A stretch of 64,000 nucleotides of DNA from Eledone cirrhosa (taxonomy: Eukaryota), in contig OZ024743.1 in NCBI GenBank assembly GCA_964016885.1, forward strand, positions 48,298,001 through 48,362,000, read 5' to 3'. Shown here in pieces: positions 27,227-42,018 of this stretch (its first letter is position 1; each line of letters starts with the position of its first letter). The position numbers and the translations under genes are program-made. The notes under the pieces are model-generated. The model was not told where the DNA came from and did not search any database. It saw only the letters and a program-made list of their open reading frames with translations.

Positions 27227-27712
27227 CCCTTTCAGAACCGTACTCCTAAAATATGCTATACGTTTTACAAATTATTTTGAAAATGATTTTAAAATGTGGA
27301 ATGTGTGTGTGTGGGCGTGTGTGTGTGTGGGGGGGGGGGGGTATATAACTAACTTTCTCAATATGAAATTGGTTTTTGGATTATAACTTATGGTTACATA
27401 AAAATATCATGTAAAGTCTTTAGATTAATATAAACACTTTAACCCTTTAGCATTTAAACCAGCCATATCTCACCTCTTCCTGTTTAAACTGGCCGCAACT
27501 GGCCACTCATACTGATGTTAAAGTATTGCTCTCAAAATATATAAGATCAAAATCTAGTAAATTCAATATTATGTGAGACATCATGTACGATAAAGCCTTT
27601 ACCACAAAAATACAATAGTGTATATAGAGTTATGTAAATGCTAAAAGGTTAAACCAAATAGTTTTATATTATAGAGCCAAGGTGGTTTTAGGTGGTTTGG
27701 GTATCTAAAGAG
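27227..27712 (+). mobile_element. Old TTAA MITE with nested young MITE (27443-27648)
   Basis: Outer ttaa|ccctttc...gtatctaaagag|ttaa; inner ttaa|ccctttagcattt...aaatgctaaaagg|ttaa. Confidence 0.75.
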
Positions 27713-28273
27713 TTAAATACCTTATAGTATTTGTTCTGGCACTTAGCACTGAATTCATATTTTACAAAGGTTGACTTTGCTTTTCATCTTTGTAGGGTCA
27801 ACAAATAATGTAAGAGTCCGGGGTGGTGGCTTGACAGAATTGTTAGAGCATTCAAGTGATGCTTCGGAACATTTTGTTTCAGTCCTTTATATTCTGAGTT
27901 TGCTTGAGATGTCACAGGTGCCAAGCTGTATCTCATCTTGGCTATTGATTCTTCTCTAATTACAAATATTTCACTCTTTAGAGAAAATTTATTTAAATAA
28001 AAGGAGTAATTGGTCGTAAATAGGTTGGGAGCCACTGATCTAACTTAAGATTAGCATTAACTGTAATGCCTTCCATTGACTTCACTTTATTTGTTTAAGT
28101 TAGATTATTGGTTGTTATGGCTCAAACATGCATAGGTTTAGCTGGCCTCCTATGAAGCTGTATCTTATAGGAAGTTTCTTGGGTACTTTTTTATACTGAA
28201 CAACCTGAAACTGCCTCTGGTCCAACAAAACAAAATCATTCCTATTAAAGTATTTACATTCATCTAAAAACCT

Positions 28274-28462
28274 GGTGGATTGGCAGTATCAGTAGAGGAT
28301 CGGACGCTATGCTTTGCAGCATAGAGTTACGGCCCTTTGCGGTATGAGTTCAAATCCCGTCGAGGTTAACTTTGCCTTTCGACCTTATGAGGTCGATAAA
28401 ATAAAGTACCAGTAATGCACTGGGTATTTGCTGGCCTTGTGCCAAAAGTAGAAACAATTATT
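28274..28462 (+). mobile_element. tRNA-derived SINE family B
   Basis: A-box-like tggcagtatcagtagag, B-box gagttcaaatccc, then ctttgcctttc..ggtcgataaaataaagtacc; collinear with 46541-46730. Confidence 0.8.
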
Positions 28463-31235
28463 AAGCTACACTTTAAACATCAGCATAAAAAGAAAATGAA
28501 ATTTGCAGCTCACACCTATACAGGTTGCATATCATGGGTGTTTTATTGATAAGATTCCTAGCCCTATCATGAAAAGAAATGTGGAATGAAGTATCTTGCC
28601 CAAAAACTCATGCCACCTGTTTCAGGAATTGAATTCATAGCCTTATGATTGTGAGTCCAACATCTTCATTACTAGACCATGCACCTTCACTTATTAGAAA
28701 TATAAGGAAAAGGTTAATAATAGGGATCCTATTATGACAGGGAAGAATAAGTGAGTTTTACAAAAAATGAACTTAACATACCTTAGAGAGTGTGCATATT
28801 TATTCTATACTCAAATATATATTAGGCACAGACATGACAATAGGTGCAAACATGAAAATTGGCACAAACATGGTGGTGGGGTTAAGAAGTTCATGGTTCT
28901 GGGTTATATACTACTGTGTAACATTCGACAAGTGTCCATCAACTATAGCCTTGTGCAGATCAATGCCTTGAGTGAATTTGGTAGGCAGAAACTAAAGAAG
29001 CTTGTCATGTGTGTTTGTGTGTACAAGCACATTCAAACATCTGTCAGTTTATCAAATACATCTTCATATTGATGTTTAAAGCAAGTGGTAACACTTGTTT
29101 ATGTCCAGCAGTATAGTGGTTTGACAAAGATGAGTGCTATATATCTCTTTCATAAATAAGGTATGGGCTGAGGTCAAGAAGAGCATACGGCCAGAGAAAA
29201 ATTGCCTCAAAAAGTCTCATCTAACCCTTCCCAGCATAGAAAAGGGGGTGTAACGAAGATGATGGTATAATGAGTCTTATAAATATATTCTTATATAAAA
29301 TCCATATGCCCTATGATATATTGTGTAATTTCCTTCATACAAAACACACCACCGGGTCCATGAATCAAACCCATGACTTTATGATTGTGAGTCGCCTTCA
29401 TCACTGGATCACATGTCTTCACATTAGAATAGTGACAAAGAGTAAAAAGCATAGCATGTTATTCTTGTGGCTATAAATATCTAAATCAAGTAATGTAATC
29501 TATGAAAAAATAAAAAGGGCCATAGTTGTATGGCAATATATGTAGGAACTCCTTAGGGCTAAAATGTCAGTTATAATATCTAAATGGATGGATACAATTT
29601 CAACTATTTTATAACAGACCAGACAGAATAGAATTTTAGCAATTAAATGAAATTAATCTAGTATGTCAGTTTTATAATCTTTTTTTTCTTGGTTTTAGCC
29701 ATTGGGCTATGTCCATGCTAAGACACTGTACATTATATTAACATCTTTAATTTTGCACATGCACGCAGAGAGAGAGCTGTGTGGTTATGGAATTTGCTTG
29801 GCAACCACATGGTTGTGTTCAGCCCCCATGTGAGATATCTTAGGCAAGTGTTTTTTACTAATACTGATTTGCCCAACACCTTATGAGTGAAGTTTGGTAG
29901 ATGGAAACTGTGGAAACCCACCATATGTGTATGTGTCTTTTTACATCTGTATCTCTGTTTATTCCTCTTAACTCAAAAAGAGGTTGATAAAGTACCAAAC
30001 TTGAAAAAGTTCAGGGGTTGATATGAACAGCTAAAAACCCCTTCAAGGTGGTGCCTCCAGCACAGTCCTTGTTCAATGACTGAAACAAGCAAAATGATTT
30101 TTAAAAAACAAAAGAATGAAGACAATGACAGAGAAGAGAGAGAACTAAATGCCTGTTTTTTATGTAAATAGTTTTACCCTATCCCAGTACGGGAAAACAT
30201 GACAATCAAAATGGTGATAATGATAAAGGGAATAATAACAGGTGTTTAACCCTAAGTTTCCTTTGATCAAGCATATCCATGATGACATTCAAGCTGTAAC
30301 TATCCATCCTGCCCCCTACCCCAAATATAGTGTTTTGGGGACTACATTATCTACTATGGCCTTCCTTTCTTTTTAAACAACAAGCTGAAGAAGTACCAGA
30401 ATTTCCATGTGGAAGGAAGTCATGGAAGAGGAAGATCAAGAAAGATGTGAGCAAAGGTGGTGAAAGTTGAACAGAAGAAACTTTACCTCACAAAGAAGAT
30501 GACAAAAAAAAAAAAAAAGAAACAAGTGGAGAGATGATGTACTGGAGAAGGCTCATCTAACCTAGGCAGGCATGGAAAAAAACTGAAGTGATGATGAAGA
30601 GGGTGTGGCTGCTATTTCTAACCAAACAAGCAACTACAAAGAAATTCCTTCACTGGCTCGATAAAGATGATAATGGTGATGGTAATCATAATTATGATGA
30701 CATTAAAAAGATTAACCTTTTGTCTATATACATTCCAAATACACTGAGTATCAATGTGTGACTACTGTTGATGACGTAGTCTTAACAGCCTATCAGCTCT
30801 ATTGCACATTTCAACAACAGGCCAGTTCACTAAATTAAACCATCAGTGGCTATCAATCAACCAGCATTGCATCTAACAGAAGAAGCATGAGCAGCTAATG
30901 TATTTTAATATTCCTAGTTCGGTCAATACAACATGACAACTAGCAAGATATTACCAGCCTTGCTCACTTATGTGTGTCAGATGGTGGGCTGTACACCTCA
31001 TTTCCTTTTTCATATCGATTCCTCAACAAGATTCTCATTATACCCCCCTTGACATATGAATACTACATTAGAGTTCTACTTTGAAACTGACTTGTTGTAA
31101 ATCAATGTTTAGTTATTATAATGGTTGGCTAAGGAACCACAGCATTTATTAATTTGCTGACTTCGATAACAATTACTTCGGTTAGATATATTTTCCATTC
31201 AGATGAAACTGATTTAAAATGGGATCATACAAAAG

Positions 31236-31340
31236 ATATTGATTGGATTTAAAAACACACATGTATAAAATATGATTTGAAAATAATATTGATTGGATTT
31301 AAAAACACACATGTATAAAATATGATTTGAAAATAATATT
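31236..31340. repeat. 50-bp perfect tandem duplication
   Basis: gattggatttaaaaacacacatgtataaaatatgatttgaaaataatatt at 31241 and 31291. Confidence 0.95.
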
Positions 31341-34300
31341 TATAAAATTTAACAGTATCTCTTAAAATAACATTTATAATAAAAAATTATTTCTTATATT
31401 AACTCATATATTGATAGTTATTTCAATGACTTGGGAGAAAAATGAAGTCAACTTAAGGGGAGTGGAGCTTAAAATGTAAAATCAAACTCAGTACTCTTCC
31501 ATTTCTCCTTTTCCACACTGAATAATGATGACCATTTCTCTTTTACTGGCTTCAGACATTAAATGGGAGACATGATAGAACACCACCTAGAAGGAATTTA
31601 GATAATCATATAAACCACAATGCGTATTTTTTCAAGACTGGAACTTATTTTATCAATTTCTTTTTCTTGAAATGCTAAGATACAGAGAGAAACGCGCACA
31701 CAAACTGCCACACATTTCCATCTATCAAATTTCAAGGCGTTGATCAAACCAAAGCTATTGTAGAAGATATTTACCCAAAGTATCATGCAGTGGGACTGAA
31801 CCCAAAACCATGGGGCTGCAAATGAAACTCCTTAACCACTCAACCATGTCTGTAAAAATGTTATAATCATTTGATGGATTGTTTTGATATAAGTATCAAC
31901 ACTCTAAAACAGGTTGTTTTTATATCCTAGAAACAGGATCGGTTTTAGGAGGATTAGTATCAAAAGTAATAATCCCCAAGTCTGAAAAAACTTACAAAGA
32001 GTAAGAAATAGCTGTTTCCTTGAGATTACCAGAGGGAAGATTCTGTTTAAGAGTGATCAGAAGCTTCAATAAAACTGGCATCAAGCCTATAAAGTTGTTT
32101 TGTTTAGTTTTTTTATTAAAGTAACTAATATTTTTGATTAGGAAGCCAACTAATGTTTAAAACATTCTCAGCAGAGCTGTTCTGCTCGAGAACAGGCCAC
32201 AGGTATGATGGTTAGTTTCGATATAAGCATGCTCCTGCTAGAAGAATAAGTAACCCAGAACCAAACAGCGGTAAGCTACTGGGAGAGATGGAGCAATAGG
32301 CCACCTCAACAAAAAGCTTAGTTTTTGTAGTTCTGAGAAAATTACCAAATTGATGACTGGTGCGAATAAAACCACCAAAATCTGCAGTATGATAAGATTG
32401 GTAGGTCTTCAAGAAATCGTGGAGTATGCTTGTTTTGTTTTTTTGTTTGTTTGTTTGTTTTTTTACCTTGAAAAGGCATACGACCACATGCTTTAATAGA
32501 TTTTGCAGGAGCATGGGAACAATGAATAGCTTCTTCTTGTCTTGAAATCCCTGAATGAAAGTCATAGTATTTGTGTTCAGATAAATAGTGCTAAGTTAAA
32601 ACTGTTTAATAAAAATAACAAAAGGTTTTTACACAAAATTGTTGGAAACATGTCACAGCCTTGAGAAATGTGCTCCTATATGTAATAAACCCTTTTTATA
32701 TCAACCTTCTGAGGTCATCATAAGTTCTATAATACAAAGTTGTTTATTTTATAGAGTCTATAGTTTATCTAAAAGCTGACCATAATTCTATGTAAGAATT
32801 TGTGTTAGGTTAAGTTCAAAACACCAACTTAATAATAATTCTAAATTCTTGGATTATTTTCAAAATCATAACGAGTGATTTTTATTAGAAACATTTTAAA
32901 GAAGGTTACATTTTCTAGTTTTAATTTATTTTGTTTGAAGATAAACACACTTTCAAAGCTTCTAGAAAAGCTTGAGTGTGTGTGTATAAATGATAATGAT
33001 GATATATAAAATGTAAACATATATGTATATATGCATACATGAGTATATCACCAATATTTTTTTTATGTGGGTGGGTGGATGAATGGATGGACAGGCAGAT
33101 GGATGTTGGAAGGACTGGTGGACAGACAGACAAATAGATAGGCAGCTAGATAAGTAATGGTTCAGTACAATGCTATTTCAGTAGAATTACTTCACAATTG
33201 TATTGTCATAGCTTCTAGAGTCAATAGATTTGATAGTGTCAATAGGAATAATTAAGAATGTCTGTGAGTAGTGATTCCCTGAAGTTCTAAATATTTTAGA
33301 TCTAAGTATGATATATTTGTGTACCTTCTGATTTGTGAGGTTTTGTTTGCACTCTACATTTCAAAACTCACAAAACAGAGAGAAATGGTCTGGATGGAAG
33401 ATGTGAGTGTAAGATAACAGCTAGGCAACCATGCTATTGATTAGGATTAGTCTGGAGAAATTCAAGTTTGTTTGAATAGGTTTACTTGCTTTAGCAACCG
33501 CTTCCTCAAGAGTTTGTTTAATCATTTGCAGTTCAATAAATGTCAATTGTTGTTGAGATGAATACTGAGGAAATTGGGTTAAATTCCAGAAACTAGCCAT
33601 TTGAACTAGCTAATATATATATATTATATATATAGAGAGAGACCCTGTCTAATCCATAACATAGAATAAATAACACTATAAAATAAATTGTTAGATGATG
33701 AATACAAACACAGATAAAGGACCAATACATTATTTTTTGTAGGATTATTTTCAATCAATAATATATTTTCAAAATAATGGCGATTAACCTATTTTTGCAA
33801 AGGACATGTTATAGTTAATGACCCAGCTTGATTATATTAGTGACATTTGTTCTCTTGACCTACAGACACAAATACAATCCTAAAAACTTCAATTTATAAT
33901 AGCAGATAATCTGAAAAAAGTCTTGAAATTTGGGAGCCTGAGAGACTAATTAAAAGGAAATAAGTATAGGTTTAAAATTACAGTATAAACTTCTGAATCT
34001 ATTATGAAGAGGACTAAATAAAGTAAAACAATTTGTTTACATTCAAAACATAATTTGCAAAAGTTTGTTAGTTAATATATAACAATAATCATAACACTGT
34101 CTTTTAAAGAAGTGATACAGCTATTTATTTTTTTTTCTTAAATATTTATGCATTTAACTAAATAGCAAATCTACCTAGTCATATATATGTAGCATGAGAA
34201 GGCATTGTGGGCAGTGGAAGTACTGTTTTTAATACATTCTCTCAGAAATAGTACTGAGATAGAATTCTAACTCCATGATCTATTACAAGAGGAAATGGAA

Positions 34301-35978
34301 AACCATTCCAGAGTATCCTCTACTGAATAACTAAATTAGTGGTTCTTAACCTGTGAGTCACAGTATAACATATTCAAGTACAGTGCAAGGTTTTGTGATC
34401 AAATTTTTATTTAAAAAATATGGCATAATGATGATGATAACACTATACATAGGAATTTATTTAAAGTGGTTGGTATTGATGCATTTCAGTGACTATAAAC
34501 CTACAATACATTCTCAATTCTCAAATTTTGGAAAATAAGAGAAAACAGAATAAAAAGTTCAATTGAAGCATACTGCCGCAAAGGCAATGTAAACACATGA
34601 ACAAAAATGCATGCAAAATTTGTAAATGGAAAACGCTTGCTAATTCTTTATATTTGTAGATTTTTTAAAGTGGTGTACATAGTGGATGAGGTGTTGCACT
34701 TCATGTAACAACAAAAGGAAAGAAACTAGGCTATGTAAGAAGCAAGTCCAGGACAAAGGAGCTTAGTGGTATGGTTGCCAATAGCTTATTACATGAGTGA
34801 TGGACTCGGGTATGAATGAAAGCAAATGTGTCTGCAAATCTTCACTCTCTCAGGTGTTTCAAGTAAAGCCTACTAACATTGTTCAAAAGCTAAGGTCACA
34901 TTATACTTGAGCTCTGTGAAGAAAATCAATATGTTCACCCCCCAAAAAAAATCAGAGGTCATATTAATGCATGAAGTAAGCTTTACATATAAGTACATAT
35001 GGTAATTTTGAAAGAGTTACATAGGCAAAATCTTTTGTGTTTGAAAATATTTGATAAAATGTAAAATATTCATGAATATGTCATAGAATAAGCCACAGAC
35101 AAAGGTTAATACACCATTTACAACAAACAAGAATTGAAGAATATTTCATCAAGAAGAGTATCAAGGATTAATTTCATGAAAAATTGTATTTTGTATATGA
35201 ATATTTTTTTAAAAAGAGGTCACAGAATATTATTCATTTTTCAAATTTAGTTGTGATAGTAAAAAGTTGGGAAGTACTGCATTAAATGAATGTTAAGTCT
35301 TCATTGGTATCCAAAAAAAACACTCAAGCTGCTACAAATTCCAAGCTTCACAAAGTTTGAGCACCTCACATAAGATTAAAAAAACGGTATCCCAAAAATT
35401 AAACTTCCTCTTTAAGGCCAGTTGGTGATCCTCTATAAAGTGTGGGTATGATTCACATTAGATGCTCACACAGCTGAAGCAATAGTGTTGCTACACACAC
35501 ACATACACTACTAAAAACTGGTTGATTGGCAAAGATTCAACCATCAACATGCTACAACTACTGGCCAACAGACATGCTGTAAAGGTCATAGTACCACCTC
35601 TTCCTCGTCTAACAAAATTGTTATTTTTTAATGATAGGACATCACTACATTATACATTGAAAAGGGTTGAAGCAAGTTGTCTTGACAAGAAAATTGACTT
35701 GTGTATGACAAGACTTAGACAGAAGCTTTGCAAAATTATTCCATCCAGAGTGGTGACAAACTAATCTGAAGAACAATATTGAACTGCAAAGAATTAATAA
35801 ATGAAATTTGTCAAAAAGATTTCATATTGCTTTCATTGTTATTATACAATTAGATAATGGTTAAAAGGTTTTCCTGCAAAACAGATATAATAACATTAGA
35901 TATAAAGTGATATAATCGAGAGAAAAATAAAATTTTAAAACCTAAAAGAAAAAAGAAAAAGGGAAAGAAACCACTCAC

Positions 35979-36175
35979 CATTCCTACAATCTCCGAATAG
36001 ACAGGTTCAGTAAGAATTCCTCGCGTAGCGGTAATATAATCCACAAGTTCATTCAAACATGCTCGTTTGATTTCTTTACTCTTTAAATCTGACACTGGGT
36101 CCATAAAATCAAATACTAAACAACATTGTTGAAGCTTTTTAGTGAACAGTTCCTGCTGTTCTGCAGGTGATGTAT
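35979..36175 (-). CDS. PPP2R5: Internal coding exon of PP2A 56-kDa regulatory subunit B'/B56 (alpha/epsilon, widerborst-like)
   Basis: Encodes (D)[65 protein letters not shown], the start of the B56 domain; polypyrimidine tract + tatag acceptor (phase 1) and ATG|gtgagt donor (phase 0); 197 nt. Confidence 0.96.
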
Positions 36176-36576
36176 CTATAAGAGAAGAGAAAAGTAAAAA
36201 CAGTTTCAAACATGAAAAACTTAAATGAAACAAAATAATATTTGAAATATCAAATAATAACTGTAAGAAGAAAAACATGCATGATTGTATTATATAAATA
36301 ATTTACACCAAATTTTGAAGTTGTTTCCTATAATCATTATAAACCCTTTCCTATTGTGTATATGGCAGGCACATTTAAAGGACAAATATAAAATCTTAAA
36401 CAGCAGCCTTAGGTTAAATTTTTGTCTACTTTAAAAGCTGTAGAGCAAAATTCAAAGATATCAGATAAAATGTTAGTGGGGAAATTAAAATGAAATAAAA
36501 ACAAAGCTATTTCTACATTGAATAAAAGCAATTTTGGAAAAAATTTCAATGGATGAGGGACAAACAAAAGGACCTT

Positions 36577-36818
36577 AATCATTTTGATATCAAACTGCCT
36601 ATAAAAACTGGTTCTACACTACAAAGCTGTTTATTTTAAAGTGCTTCTATTTATCTGAAAAACTTCCATCATAATTTTATTTAAAACCTTACTTAAGAAA
36701 GTTATATTCCTAAGTCCATCCAAATTCTGAAGTGTTTTCAAAATGATTTGAAAATCATAGGCAGCCTTTTTTTTTGTTTTGTTTTTTAATTAGAAATATG
36801 GTAACAAAAGGGGTTTAA
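36577..36818 (-). mobile_element. Old TTAA MITE family copy
   Basis: ttaatcattttgatatcaaactgcc...ggtaacaaaaggggtttaa; further degenerate copies near 20043-20270, 21120-21372, 23090-23345, 26070-26310 and 32688-32910. Confidence 0.6.
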
Positions 36819-38599
36819 AACAGTTAAAAACAAGTCATCAAACAAATCCATTATAAAGTTGCTGAACATCATCCTTTAATGAACAATTACTCTAGTTTTG
36901 AAGCTCTCTACAGTTATCTACAGTGAATTTTATACAATTCAAGTTTTAGTTTGCCTTGCATGTTTTCTATAAAGAGTTCATTGCTAATATATTTCTCAAA
37001 TATTAGAAATCTTTTCTCCTTCAATGTTCCAGCAGACAACCTCATAACAGCTGCTCTCAAGTAGTAACTTTATATTAATTTCATTTTAATATTAGTTCAG
37101 CTGTACATATGTACTGTTATCCAAAATAGCTACAAAGATCTAAAGAAGATTACAGCTGTACCCAGTTACTAAATTCCATATTCACTGCATTCATACATTG
37201 AATTTTATGAGGGGGAGGGGGTCCTACCCCTGAAATGCTTCCCAAATTATGACTGAAAAAAAAAATTAAAATACCAAAGTTAAATTTAACTTCTCACACC
37301 TCTTAAAACTATAATATAGAAAATCCTTTTAGAAATAAATAGCTGATTATTAGACAATTCAGCATTAGATTAACTTAACCAACCTCACTATAGACAGCTT
37401 TATTTTAATTGAAATATATTTATAAAAATATATAGCAACTTAAATGTTATGAAGAGATATGGCCTAGTATCGTAAGGTGTGGAACTCAATCATAAGGTTG
37501 TGGGGTTGTATCCTGGACCATTCATTTCCTATTTTACCTTACCATGGCTTGTTTAAGCTAAGCAGACTGGAGTCACTCAGTAGTCACCACAATAGTATGA
37601 TTTATTTGGAGAGCAATGAGTAACAAAAATAACAGAATACTAGATTGATCTTTTTGACACCAAACCGTGGTTCTACAATACAAAGCATCATATTTATCTA
37701 AATATTTTATCAAATACCAACTAAATAATGAAAATATTGGTTATTTTCCAGGAACTGAATACATGAACACTCCCAAAGAGTAGACAATCAAGAAGTTGGG
37801 TGTAACTTTTAGATCCAGCACAGTGGAGAGATGATCTTGCCTACATGACTTATAATCTAAAATGAAACACAAAAGATAATTTAATCTGTCCACAGTTGGG
37901 TGTAACTGTGATTTAGACACATTTAAACCATCATACATTGGCAGTCTTTTCTGAGTCTACTATTATTATTAATATACATTAAATTTGTATTTAGTAGTAC
38001 AGACACACTTCCAAATAAAAACATAATATGCCTAATAGAGTAGCTTGAAACTAGAAGAAATATTATGTACAGTTATAGAGATCAGCTACTCTGCAGATGT
38101 GAACAATTCTTTCAAAATCAATTAGAAAGACAATATGTATTGAAAACTGTTTCTGGGATACAATACAGAGTAGAGAAAACTCTTCACTCTTGCCAAGTGC
38201 ATGACAAACCTCTAGTGCTGATGCCACAATAAAATGTGCCCAATACATCCTTAAGTGTCAGAGCTAGTGTCACAATAAAATGTGCACTTTAGAAAGTGGT
38301 AGTGCTGATGTCATGATAAAATGCACTCAGTCTACTGTAAAGTGGTTGGCATTATGAAGGGTATACAGCCATAAAAACCTCACCAAAATATGAAACATTA
38401 ATAATGATCTGTCCAATCCATGCCAACATGAAAAAAAAAAGATGAAAAATGTTGATGGTGAACTTACTTAAAGAAAATGGTTTCTTTACAATTGTTTATA
38501 TATTTAATAAATGACCAAACATGGAATGCCGAAAGCTCCTGCAACAATCATGAAGGAGATAATAAAGATATGACTCAGAGGAATTACTTTTCATGAGAT

Positions 38600-40400
38600 A
38601 TTCAACCAGATAACAAATACTGATTCAACAACTGCATCTATCTGATTAATTCACAGTTCAGTAATTGTGTTGTAAATCAGCAAATGAGTTTTCTCAAATG
38701 CGAGGAATGTTTAGATGGAAAAGCTTGGCACTGTATTATGTGCAAATGTTATAGTATTAAACAAGATGCTATATTCTCTATGACTAGTCGTCAACTGTTT
38801 TGCCTTCTTGAGCCAAATTACAGATGGATGACATTAGGTTGTGATAGGTATCCAACATTATATCATTATATTTTATATAATGAACATTTAACATCACTAT
38901 CATAGAAAAATGAAACATTATTATCATGATTTCAACTGTGAGCATCAGCTAGTATAGGCAATAGATCTACTATAGGCCATGGCATTCCAAATATTCCATG
39001 ATGTGTGTGTATGAGGCGTGCTAATGCTTTCTTTTTTTCACTCAGATCTGAGGTTTCCAACCACCCGGGTTCTGGGGTTTATATTCTGGAAATAATCTAT
39101 AAACTGTTTTGAGTTTTTTTTTTTCTATAACACAAATACATTTTGAGAGAGAGAGAGAGAGAGAGAGAGATTTTAACTATCTTGAAGTAAGCTATTGATA
39201 TCAATTAAACAGTTTGAATCTCTTATGGAATGTGTTCTTTGTAGTACTGTAGCTTCTTTGTGTCTGGCAACCTAGGCATTCAGTGTTGGTCATGTGTTAT
39301 GGCGTCTGTAAGAGTGATCCCAGTTCTCCAGTTATCACAATCTTGTTACATTTATATAATATTTGTCCTGTATCATAATAAAGGATGAAATGCAAGCTAT
39401 TATAAAAAATTGAAATACTGTGTGCAGCCATTTATGGGAGAATAACAGCAAGATCCTGAATTTAGTGATTGGTTTCAACAAGATAAAAAATGATAAAGAA
39501 GTTAACTATTGTAAATGCTGCAACATTACTCTGAGAAATGCATATAAATGCATGATAATGAAACACAAAACTTCTGTAAAACAACAAAACATTTGGATGT
39601 AACTAAATCTAATGTTGATATTACTCAATTCATGGTGAAAAAAATGTCAAATGAGACTAAACAAACAGCCAAAAGTGAACTGCTTAATGTTGCACATAAC
39701 ATTCCCTTTGCAAATATTGATCACTATCTGACAATATCAGAGTGAGAATTTCCGGCCAATAATATTACTGAAGAATTATCAATAAAAATAACCAAGCTTT
39801 TCTCTGTCATGGAGAATGAAACAGCGTGGTTACCCATATGTTGATTTAAATAAGCATGATAGCAGAGATCCACAAATACTATAGTTCTTGAAAATGGAAT
39901 AGCTCTTCATCTTTAAAGTGTTGTTAAATCTATATTGCAAGAAATACATATTCTTTTAAAAAAATACTGGATTTGCAAGCAATAATTCTTTTTCTCCAGA
40001 AGGGCACCAAAAGTGGGATCCTGAAATTACTACTAGGAAGAAGGAAGTTACCATTCAGAAAGAAGACCTGGCCTAAATGCTTGCAACACAATGGATTCTA
40101 TTAAAAATATCCAAGAACCAAGTGGCAGTTTTCACCTGCACAAAGGATTACATATATACTTGTGTGAAAGTTGATCACATGTAAAAGTCAACTCTCTAAT
40201 TTTAGTCAAAATATCTGGAATTTTCCAGATATATCATGTAAAAGTCAACCCTAGTTCTTCACAGATAACAGATAAAAAATTATTTAAGTTACTGAGAAAA
40301 CAAATAACTGTGTTACAACAAGAGAAATGAATGAGAGACTGGATAAGGATATCAAACAAACTTCAGACAGTGTCTAAATGAAAATGTGCTAACAAAAGTA
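38600..40400 (+). mobile_element. Possible ancient hAT-like transposase relic
   Basis: Only weak motifs: NITEELSIKITKLFSVMENETA (FSI.aDET-like) near 39760-39830 and a C-x2-C near 38730; no TIRs found. Confidence 0.25.
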
Positions 40401-41305
40401 TACCATAATTGGAGAAAACATTTACAGAGAGGGTCAAAATGGAAACTGAGTTACTTCTGCAGCCTACCGAATCCATGCATAAAAGGAAACAAAAAATAAG
40501 AGTGGAATTTCTGCTACTGATATGGGATTTTAAATTCTAGTGTGAATTTTAGCTCTTCTAAAAATAGTATACATTTAATAGTCAACTACATACATTTAAA
40601 CTAAAAAATAATCTAAAAAAATAGAATAAGTTTACTATCAGAACAAAAAAAATAGACCTTCCAATGTGCTTCACACAGTTTCCGTTTGCCAAATTTCATT
40701 TATAAAGCTTTGCTGGACCCTAGGCTAGGGTAGAAGACACTTGCTCAAGAGCTATGAAGGTGGAGCAAGACTGAAACATCATTGAAAACTGAACTTCTTG
40801 ACTACACTGCAATACCTATTTCCAGAGCCATGCCAACACACATTCAAACAGACATACATTTATACCAGTATACTAGTGATTCACAAAGATAGAGCTAGAA
40901 GACTCACGAGGGGCACTGAAAGGTAAGGGGGTGTTACTAGAAGGCAGAAGGAGTCATTGGAAAGCAACGAGTGGCAAAGTATACAAATTAGTAGTCGCTC
41001 ATAGGACTGTCACTTTTAGTTCTTCAATAAATGCATAAATGAAATAAAAAATAAAATAAGAATTTATTTTTCAATGTATAATTTTTATCAGCCTTATGGT
41101 GGTGCACAGAGTGAGGTGGGGGCATTAATGAAATATACTCCTTAAAGGAGGCACTAGTCCAAAAAGTTTGGGAAACTAATTTATACGTACACATGTACAC
41201 TGAAACAGAAGTAGAATAAATTATTTGTGCCATGAGGAATAGTACTTAATATATGACGACATACGCTATCACAAAGTTCTTCAAACCCTATTGTTTAATA
41301 TTAAA

Positions 41306-41450
41306 ATCATCTCATTTCTACAGCTGAGTAAACTGGAGATATGTGAAATAAAGTGTCTTGCTCAAGGAAACAACACATCATCCGATCTGAGAATTGAACT
41401 AACCTTTCGATTGCAAGCCCAATGCTCTAACCACTAAGCCATGTGCCTCC
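41306..41450 (-). mobile_element. tRNA-derived SINE family A, head and core only
   Basis: Reverse complement matches 50652-50797 (ggaggcacatggcttagtggttagagc...ccttgagcaagacactttatttcac). Confidence 0.88.
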
Positions 41451-41821
41451 ATATATATATATATATATATATCATATACGGCGATCTTATCTTAAACCTT
41501 ACATTCTCGCTTAATTCTGTCATATTTTCATATTCTGTCGTATTTTCATAACAAAACAAATCACTATTATATATTCCTTTAAATATATTTTGTTAAACTT
41601 GCTAAGTTTTACGCAAAACTTCGAGTACCTATTTAAACTCTTAACCTCTGCTCCATCCCATCTTCTACCCCCTACCCATACATCATGCTGGTTCCTGCCC
41701 CCCCCCCCTCCCTCTCTATACATATAAGATAAACCCTACCAAAATTAATCAAAATCGCCAACTCGCTATTTCTGGGATGGCTGTTCCTGCGGTATAAAGT
41801 AACATTCAAATATTTTTCTCG

Positions 41822-42018
41822 ATTCTTCTCTCCATTCGAATCCATTCATTCAATCACTATTCTATGTCCTAATTTCACACTATATCATATTTTCACCATT
41901 CTATATCATATTTTTTCTCCATTCTTCTCTCCATTCGAATCCATTCATTCAATCACTATTCTATGTCCTAATTTCACACTATATCATATTTTCACCATTC
42001 TATATCATATTTTTTCTC
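41822..42018. repeat. 99-bp tandem duplication upstream of the RTE ORF
   Basis: attcttctctccattcgaatcc... starts at 41822 and again at 41921. Confidence 0.93.

Noticed and set aside
34890-35005. pogo/Tigger-like terminal sequence ending catatggta
   Set aside because: Too degenerate and no matching opposite TIR found.
35850-36278. 142-aa ORF as a complete gene
   Set aside because: Only 35979-36175 is B56-like; the flanking residues are translated intron pyrimidine tracts.
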